A stretch of DNA of 64,000 bases from an uncultured Actinomycetota bacterium (GTDB taxonomy: Bacteria > Actinomycetota > Thermoleophilia > RBG-16-64-13): NCBI GenBank assembly GCA_963822135.1, contig CAWGGI010000001.1, forward strand, positions 200,511 to 264,510. The letters are read 5' to 3'. Below are positions 57,578 to 64,000 of the stretch, piece after piece. Numbering within the stretch: position 1 is the stretch's first letter; each line of letters begins with the position of its first letter. A model generated the notes under the pieces. The model saw nothing but the letters and a program-made list of their open reading frames with translations, was not told the origin of the DNA and ran no database searches. The position numbers and the translations under genes were made by a program.

Positions 57578-58795
57578 TCAGCCCAGCGGCGCCAGGGCCT
57601 CGTCGATATCGGCCATCAGGTCGGCCGGGTCTTCCAGACCCACCGAGAGTCTGAAGACTCCGTCTCCCGCATATTCCCTGTACGAAGCCTCCTGTTCCGG
57701 CGTCAAGTGGAACGAGGTGCGCATCAGATCGGCGGTGGGCAGATAGCAGACCAGAGTGCGGTGGTGTCCCAGGGAGACCGCGTAGTGGATGGTCTGCAGC
57801 CTGTCGGAGAGCAGCCGGGCCGCGGCAGGGCCATCGGCCACCTGGAAGGTCAGCATGCCTGAGAAGTTCTGAAGTTGGCGCGTAGCCAACTCGTACTGTG
57901 GGTGCGACGGGAGGCCGGGGTAGACGACCTTGGTGACCTGGGGATGCCTCTCGAGGTGCCTGGCGATGGCCAGGGCGCCCTCTTGGTGAGCCGCCATCCT
58001 GATGGGCAGGGTGGCCGCGCCCCGCAAGATCAGCCAGGCATTGAAGGGGCTGAGCACGCCTCCCATGTGGATGGCAAGCGAGCGCAGCTTCACCAGTTCG
58101 GAGCCACGGCCGGAGACGGCCCCGCCGATTGCGTCGCCATGTCCGCAGATGTATTTCGTCAGCGACTGGACCACGAAATCCGCTCCCAATTCGGCGGGCC
58201 GCATCCCCACCGGTGTGGCGAAGGTCGAGTCGACTGTAACCAGAGCTCCGGCGTCGTGGGCTATGCCCACGACGGCCTCCACGTCGGTGAGCCTCAGCAG
58301 CGGATTGGCCGGGGTCTCCAGGTAGACCAGCCGGGTGTTGGGGCGCAGCGCGCGACGGACGTTCTCGGAGTGCGATGTATCGACCCGGCTCACCTCGATC
58401 CCGAGATGGGGCAGCCGGTCGTTGGCCAACTCCGACGCGGCGGCGTAGGTAACGTCACTCATGACGACGTGGTCGCCAGCCTTGAGACAATGCAGGAAGA
58501 GCGCGGTGATGGCCGCCATGCCACTCGCGAAGGCTACACAGTCTTCGGCCCCCTCCAGCACTGCGAGCTTGGCTTCGAGCTGCGCCACCGTCGGGTTCCC
58601 CCACCTCGTATACACGAAGGGGGTCTCGTCGGTGATCTCATCGGCCGAGAACGAGATCCCGGGATCGATGATGAACGTGGTGGACATGACGACGTCGGGG
58701 GCGGAAGCGCCCGTGACCGGGTTGGGCGGATGGCCCGCGTGTACGGCGGCGGTCTTCATGCCCACTGGACGCGATTGCTTCTTCGGAACAGCCAT
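57578..58795 (-). CDS. Cys/Met-metabolism PLP-dependent enzyme (cystathionine gamma-synthase / methionine gamma-lyase / O-acetylhomoserine sulfhydrylase family)
   Basis: Intact 405 aa; RWGNPTVAQLEAKLAVLEG...VVQSLTKYICGHGDAIGG (PLP-lysine). Confidence 0.85.
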   Translation of the reverse strand: MAVPKKQSRPVGMKTAAVHAGHPPNPVTGASAPDVVMSTTFIIDPGISFSADEITDETPFVYTRWGNPTVAQLEAKLAVLEGAEDCVAFASGMAAITALFLHCLKAGDHVVMSDVTYAAASELANDRLPHLGIEVSRVDTSHSENVRRALRPNTRLVYLETPANPLLRLTDVEAVVGIAHDAGALVTVDSTFATPVGMRPAELGADFVVQSLTKYICGHGDAIGGAVSGRGSELVKLRSLAIHMGGVLSPFNAWLILRGAATLPIRMAAHQEGALAIARHLERHPQVTKVVYPGLPSHPQYELATRQLQNFSGMLTFQVADGPAAARLLSDRLQTIHYAVSLGHHRTLVCYLPTADLMRTSFHLTPEQEASYREYAGDGVFRLSVGLEDPADLMADIDEALAPLG

Positions 58796-58944
58796 GGATC
58801 ATCTCCTCGGTGCCTGGTGCGACCACCGAATATACCGGGCCGGCAGCACGCCCGCAATCCGTGGCCGCGCGCCCCGTCACCCTAGGCCGCGCGCGCCGCC
58901 ACCTGGACCGCGCGCCGCAGCCCGGTAGGCCGCATGTCGCAGGA

Positions 58945-58967
58945 CCCGGCACTATAATCACGGGGTG
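58945..58967 (+). promoter_or_regulatory. -10 TATAAT placed 7-9 nt before the GTG start of the NUDIX gene (leaderless-type arrangement)
   Basis: ggcactataatcacgggGTGaac. Confidence 0.4.
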
Positions 58968-59561
58968 AACAGGGAAGACATCAGGCGCCGTCTGGAGAAC
59001 AGCTGCCTCGCCGAGGAAACCGCGCAGGGATGGCACCTGCCGCAGGTTGCACGGCCGGGCCCGGCAGCCATCCCCGTGCCGGCGGCGGTCCTCATCGGGT
59101 TGGTGGGTTCGCCCGAGGGTCCGGAAATCATCCTTACCCAGCGGACGGCCGCGCTCAGGAACCACCCCGCGGAGATCAGCCTGCCGGGAGGCAGGGTGGA
59201 ACCGGGTGATGTCAGCCCCGAAGCCGCCGCGCTGCGTGAGGCCGCCGAGGAGGTGGGGCTGCCTCCTGAGAGCGTGGAGATCCTTGGCTGTCTGCCGCGC
59301 TATCGCACGGTCTCGGACTACTGCGTCCATCCGTTCGTGGGCTGGATCGACCCACCGGTAGTCTTTGTCCCCGACGACCGCGAGGTGGCCGACGTCTTTC
59401 TCGTACCACTGCAGTTCGTGCTCGACCCGGCCAATCACCAACGGGGCACGGTGCTGCGGGACGGCCAGGAGCGCGGGTTCTACGTGCTCCCCTATCCCGG
59501 CAGGCGGATCTGGGGGGCCACCGCGGGGATCCTCGTCAATCTCGCCCGCGCGCTCGGATAG
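58965..59561 (+). CDS. NUDIX hydrolase (CoA pyrophosphatase NudL-like)
   Basis: LPGGRVEPGDVSPEAAALREAAEEVGL (Nudix box GX5EX7REUXEEXGU). Confidence 0.8.
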   Translation: MNREDIRRRLENSCLAEETAQGWHLPQVARPGPAAIPVPAAVLIGLVGSPEGPEIILTQRTAALRNHPAEISLPGGRVEPGDVSPEAAALREAAEEVGLPPESVEILGCLPRYRTVSDYCVHPFVGWIDPPVVFVPDDREVADVFLVPLQFVLDPANHQRGTVLRDGQERGFYVLPYPGRRIWGATAGILVNLARALG

Positions 59562-59571
59562 GAGCGTGCCC

Positions 59572-62500
59572 CTACTGCAGCACCCCGATCAGGTCGAAGG
59601 CGTCGACACCGATGTTGGTCTCCGTCGCAGAGGTACTCTTGGTGCCCGTCCATTCGATCCTCAGCGTGTGGGCACCGGGGCCCAGGGTCTTCTCCCAGAC
59701 CTTCTGCTTCCACAGAGTGCTTGGCGAATAGAGGTCGACAATCATCGGCGTGCCGCCATCCACCGTCACCTTGGCTTTGCCGTAGACCGGGCTCTTCTTG
59801 GCTATCCAGGCCAGATAGGAGCCGGTGAACGTGACGGTCACGGCCGAGCCGGCAGAGTCCGCAAAGCGGAAGCTGCCGCCCGATGCCGACGACGATGACG
59901 ATGCGGTCCACATTCCCACGTAGGCGAAGTGGGTGTCGTTCTGCTCGTAGCGGACGGCCTGGACCGCAGGCGCCTGAGACAGGGTTCCGACGATATCGAG
60001 CGCGTCCACGTTGATGTTGGTGTCCGTCGCGCCGCTGCTCTTGCTGCCGGTCCACTCGATCCTGACGGTATGCGCTCCCGAGGCGAGCGTCCCCGTGTCC
60101 CAGACCTTCTGCTGCCACAGCGTGTTCGCGCTGTAGAGATCCACCGACACGGGCGTCCCGCCGTCCACCGTCACCTTGGCTTTGCCGTACACGGGGCTCT
60201 TCTTGGCTATCCAGGCCAGATAGGAGCCGGTGAACGTGACGGTCACCGCCGAGCCGGCAGAGTCCGCAAAGCGGAAGCTGCCGCCCGATGCCGAGGAGGA
60301 CGACGAGGCCGTCCAGCCTCCCGCATAGGTCAGCAGAGCGCTGTTCTGCTCATGGCGAGTAGCCTTGGGGGTGGGAGCGGCCGGACCGGCCGAGACCTGC
60401 AACACGGTCCCGATCACATCGAAGGCGTCGATGCTGACGTACTTACCCGCGTTCGCGGTATCCCACTCTATCCTCACAGTGTGATTGCCCGAGGCGAGCG
60501 TCCCTGTGTTCCACACCTTCTGCTGGTAGGCGACGCTGGCGGCGGCAAGGTCCACGGTCGTCGCTGCGCCGCCGTCCAGGCTCACCTTCGCCTTGCCCAG
60601 GGTGGTCCCCTTGGTGGCGATCCACGCCAGGTAGGTGCCGTTGAAGCTGACGGTCACCGAGCTCCCGCTCGCGTTCGTCCGTTTGTAGCCGCCCCCGGAG
60701 GCGCCGGTGGTCGAGAAGGTGCCCCAGGTGCCCGCGAAGGCGAAGTGCGTGTCGGTCTGCTCGTACCTTGTGGGGGTGGGAGCCGGGGTCGGCGGCGGTG
60801 GCGGCGGCGATGTCGCCGTGGCCTGGGTCAGACTTCCGATCACGTCGAAGGCGTCGATGCTGACGTACTTACGCCGCGTTCGCGGTATCCCACTCGATCC
60901 TCACGGTGTGATTGCCCGAGGCGAGCGTCCCCGTGTTCCACACCTTCTGCTGGTAGGCGACGCTGGCGGCGGCAAGGTCCACGGTCGTCGCTGCGCCGCC
61001 GTCCAGGCTCACCTTCGCCTTGCCCAGGGTGGTCCCCTTGGTGGCGATCCACGCCAGGTAGGTGCCGTTGAAGCTGACGGTCACCGAAGCTCCCGCTCGC
61101 GTTCGTCCGTTTGTAGCCGCCCCCGGAGGCGCCGGTGGTCGAGAAGGTGCCCCAGGTGCCCGCGAAGGCGAAGTGCGTGTCGGTCTGCTCGTACCTTGTG
61201 GGGGCGGGAGCCGGGGTCGGCGGCGGTGGCGGCGGCGGTGTCGCCGTGGCCTGGGTCAGACTTCCGATGAGGTCGAACCCGTCCACCGAGATGTTGGTGT
61301 CGGAGGCTGCGGCGTTCTTCGTGCCTGTCCACTCGATCCTCACGGTGTGATTGCCCGAGGCGAGTGTCCCCGTGTTCCATACCTTCTGCAGGTATGTCTC
61401 GCTCGCGCTGTAGAGATCGATGGTGACCGGCGCCTTGCCGTCGAGCGTCACCTTGGCCTGGCCGTAGACCGGGCTCTTCTTGGCGATCCAAGCCAGGTAA
61501 GTGCCGGTGAAACTGACCGTCACGGAGGAGCCGGAAGCGTTCGCATAACGGAACGAGCCCCCGGAGGCAGAACCCACCGAGGACGTGTTCCAGGTCCCGG
61601 TGAAGGCGAGACGGGAGTCGGTCTGCTCGTAACGGGCGTAGGGCGAGAGCAGCCGCCTGGCTCTGACGTAGCTGGTCCTGAAGGCGTCTTCGATGCACAC
61701 GAGATCGCCGCTTCGCGGGGCGTTGATCATCATGCCACCGCCCACGTACATCCCCACGTGGCTGATGGGGGAGTAGAAGAAGACGAGGTCGCCCGGCTGG
61801 AGATCGGCCTTGCTGACGGCGGTGCCATAGCCGGCCTGCGCTCCCGAGTAGTGCGGCAGGCTGATGCCGAACTGTCTGTACACGTACATGGTGAATCCGG
61901 AGCAGTCAAACCCGCCGGTGGGGGTCGACCCGGCCCAAAGGTAAGGGATCCCCAGATACTTGACCGCCTCGCGGACCACTTTCTCTCCGGGCGAGAGGAC
62001 TCCGTCGTCGCCGTAGAAGTAGAGGTCTTTGGTCGTAGAGGGACTGGCCCCCCAGTAGTTGAACACCGTGACCTCGACCGGGCCGTCGCCGTGACCGGCA
62101 GGGACGGAGGCGATGGTGAGCTGCGTACCGGAGTCGACCTTCCAGTCGCCGCCGGGAACGTCCACCTTGCCCACGCGTACTCTGCTCGCCCCGTTGAGAG
62201 CCGCACCGGTGAGCACGAGACTGTTTCCTCCGCTCACGGGACCGCCCGAGACGCTCAGGCCGGTCACTCGAGCGCTGTTGAGGCTCTTGACCTCACGATA
62301 TACCGGCCATCCGATGCCCACGAAATCGATCCTCTTCACTTCGGGACCGTGGCTCTTGATAGCGGTGCTGGTCGCAGCCGGCAACGAGCCGGGCCTGGTG
62401 AGAAGAAGTACACCGTCGGCCCGTGCAAGGACGGGTACCGTGACCTCGCCGTCGGGGTAGTCTTCACCCGAGACCAGGCCCAGATGAGCGTAGGTCATCC

Positions 62501-63294
62501 AGCCCTGCTCCACCGCGTAGTCGGCCAGCTTGGCGCAGGCGTCGTACCTGCCGTCGGGATCGCTGGTGGTCTTCTCGCCGATGATCCGCTTGCTGACGGT
62601 GAAGCCGTCCACGTCGATGCTGAGCCCGGTGCCCACCACGATGCCCGCACCGGCATTGAGGTCGAGAATGGCCTGGGTCGTCGACTGCGGCAGGGGACCG
62701 GCGGAGGGCGTCAGCAGCAGCGGCCAGCCCTGGGCGGCGGCCAGCGACGACGCGGCAAGCGCACCCGCGTAGCTGTCGCCAGGAGCGATGATGACCTTGG
62801 ATACCGTTCCCACCTTGCTCTTGATCTGGCGCGCCACTAGAGCGGCCGTCTCATAACGGTCGCCACCTTTGAGGCTGACGATCTGGGCGGGATCGGTGAG
62901 ACTGGGGACCGCGCTCTTGACGCTTGACGCAAGCGTCGAGGGGAGCCCGACGAGGAAGACCTTGGCCGGCTTGAGCCGGGACAACTCGGAGGCCACATCG
63001 GCGCTCAGACTCGACCCGGAGGTCAGCAACAACGGCCCTCCATAGACCGAGGCCAACACGCTGGCGCTGAGCGAGTCGGCATAGCTGTCCGCGGTGGTCA
63101 CCACGGCCGCGGGAACACCGCTCGGAGAACGTACCCTTGGAAAGAGCGATGGCGTTGGCCACATGGCCGGAATCCGAATTGATCGGTCGGTTGAACGTGG
63201 GCGCTGCCAGCGCGACGGATGCGCCGAGCAGGAGCACCAGCACAAACACGAGCGCCGCGAGCGCGGCGCGCATGATCTTCTTGGTCGGCTGCAT
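59572..63294 (-). CDS. Giant cell-surface protein of about 1,240 aa, with 3 or more apparent frameshifts. Domains: signal peptide, three cell-wall-binding repeats (CWB2-type), an Ig/TIG-like domain, an NlpC/P60 peptidase domain, and at least six tandem beta-sandwich repeat modules of about 140 aa
   Basis: MQPTKKIMRAALAALVFVLVLLLGASVALA (ORF 62851..63318 frame) then AAVVTTADSYADSLSASVLASVYGGPLLLT x3. NlpC/P60: GIPYLWAGSTPTGGFDCSGFTMYVYRQFGISLPHYSG...ISHVGMYVGGG. Modules: RYEQTDxxFAxxGTW...GSxVTVxFxGTYLAWIAxKxxxxGKAKVxxDG...DLYSAxxxxQQKVWNTGTLASGxHTVRIEWxG...DAFDxxG. The protein continues across the 60840 frame break into ORF 59572..60843. Confidence 0.7.
60410..61261. repeat. Near-identical 426-bp tandem duplication (60410-60835 and 60836-61261), one repeat module of the surface-protein gene
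   Basis: The two copies are nearly identical. Visible differences include ttacCCgcgtt vs ttacGCCgcgtt and caccgagctc vs caccgaAgctc. These two 1-nt indels sit about 235 nt apart and create the ORF breaks at 60840-60870 and 61081-61088. Confidence 0.75.
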
Positions 63295-63385
63295 AAGATC
63301 CCTCCAGAGGCCGGGCAACGGTCGCCGATACTTCTCCTATCGGCCTCTGAGGCGGGTTTCTGAAGTGAGCCGGGGGGCGCGGGGG

Positions 63386-64000
63386 CTAGTTGAGAGTGCC
63401 CACCACGTCGAACGCGTCGATGCTGATGTACTTGCCTGCCGCGTTGGTGGTGTCCCACCAGATCTTGACCGTATGCGATCCCTCGGGGATGGTCCCGGTG
63501 GTCCACACGCTCTGCTGATATGCGACGGCGGACCGAGCCAGATCGATACTCTGCGCCGGGCGGTCGTCGAGCGACACGTACGCCTTGCTCAGAGTGGTAC
63601 CAGCGGTGGCGATCCACGATAGATACGTCCCGGTGAACTTCACGGTGACCGAGGTACCGCCGGTATTGGCCCGCCTGTAGCTTCCGGACGAGGGACCGGT
63701 GGTGGAGAAGGTGTACCAGGTGCCGGCATACACGAGCCGGGAGTCGGTCTGTTCGACCCTGGCCAGGCCGCTCGGCCGCACGAGCGTCCCGATCACGTCG
63801 AAGGCATCGAGGCTGATGCCGGTGCCCGTGGCGGCGGCGTTCTTCTCGCCGGTCTGCTCTATGGTGATCGTGTGGGTGCCCGGCTCGAGAGGGCCGCTAC
63901 TCCAGACGTTCTTAGCGTAGTCGCTGGTGGGGCTGTAGAGGTCCACCAGCACCGGTTCGCCGCCGTCGACGGTGACCTTGGCCACGCCGTATGACGGGCT
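63386..64000 (-). CDS. C-terminal part of a second surface protein carrying the same beta-sandwich repeat modules of about 140 aa (5' end beyond the window)
   Basis: ...RVEQTDSRLVYAGTWYTFSTTGPSSGSYRRANTGGTSVTVKFTGTYLSWIATAGTTLSKAYVSLDDRPAQSIDLARSAVAYQQSVWTTGTIPEGSHTVKIWWDTTNAAGKYISIDAFDVVGTLN*. Confidence 0.55.
   Translation of the reverse strand, partial: SPSYGVAKVTVDGGEPVLVDLYSPTSDYAKNVWSSGPLEPGTHTITIEQTGEKNAAATGTGISLDAFDVIGTLVRPSGLARVEQTDSRLVYAGTWYTFSTTGPSSGSYRRANTGGTSVTVKFTGTYLSWIATAGTTLSKAYVSLDDRPAQSIDLARSAVAYQQSVWTTGTIPEGSHTVKIWWDTTNAAGKYISIDAFDVVGTLN

Noticed and set aside
58796-58964. SAM riboswitch upstream of the Cys/Met-metabolism PLP enzyme
   Set aside because: I could not recognise SAM-I or SAM-IV conserved cores by eye. 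The region is a divergent promoter shared with the NUDIX gene. An Infernal/Rfam scan would be needed.
1-64000. tRNA and rRNA genes
   Set aside because: No T-loop (GGTTCGAATCC-like) or rRNA-like conserved segments were spotted by eye. tRNAscan-SE and barrnap would be decisive.

Overview
This is a 64 kb window of high-GC (about 70%) bacterial chromosome, probably Actinomycetota-like. All calls come from reading the six-frame translations and the DNA by eye; no tools were run. Hand-derived coordinates may be off by 1-2 nt.

The reading suggests a Gram-positive organism. Supporting features:
- an LCP-family protein and a cell-wall-binding-repeat NlpC/P60 surface protein
- a MshD-like tandem GNAT
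- leaderless and GTG/TTG starts
- Thr-rich linkers in lipoproteins

Gene content, in order:
- a minus-strand dTDP-rhamnose operon (rmlD-rmlA-rmlC-rmlB) followed by two GT2 glycosyltransferases, with a divergent NAD-dependent sugar epimerase
- a 570-bp islet carrying an orphan higA antitoxin and a 17-codon higB remnant, flanked by perfect 33-bp direct repeats
- a Ca-type P-type ATPase, a SAM methyltransferase, purC and a DEAD-box helicase
- MFS transporters, two amidohydrolase_2 paralogs, two TetR regulators and a Tat-lipoprotein ABC solute-binding protein
- a tandem array of three Thr-rich lipoprotein paralogs, each followed by a conserved hairpin element
- typA/bipA
- an aminotransferase-MFS-MFS-aminotransferase cluster
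- a VOC/unknown-domain/cytidine-deaminase-fold gene pair that looks like one fused ORF split in an 18-nt tandem repeat
- trxB, glcDEF plus a class-V aminotransferase, rlmA, a DAG-kinase-like lipid kinase, a D-Ala-D-Ala carboxypeptidase, cyclophilin and pirin
- rubrerythrin and a CDGSH protein
- a secreted serpin lipoprotein and an LCP protein
- a DUF2089-led four-gene module behind an AT-rich promoter island
- a cystathionine gamma-synthase-family PLP enzyme and a NUDIX hydrolase
- a giant NlpC/P60 surface protein with about 140-aa repeat modules, including a 426-bp near-identical tandem duplication

Major caveat: roughly 40% of the genes show one or more apparent single-nucleotide frameshifts, so every 'frameshifted' call below could be either an assembly indel or a true pseudogene. 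No rRNA, tRNA or CRISPR array was recognised.
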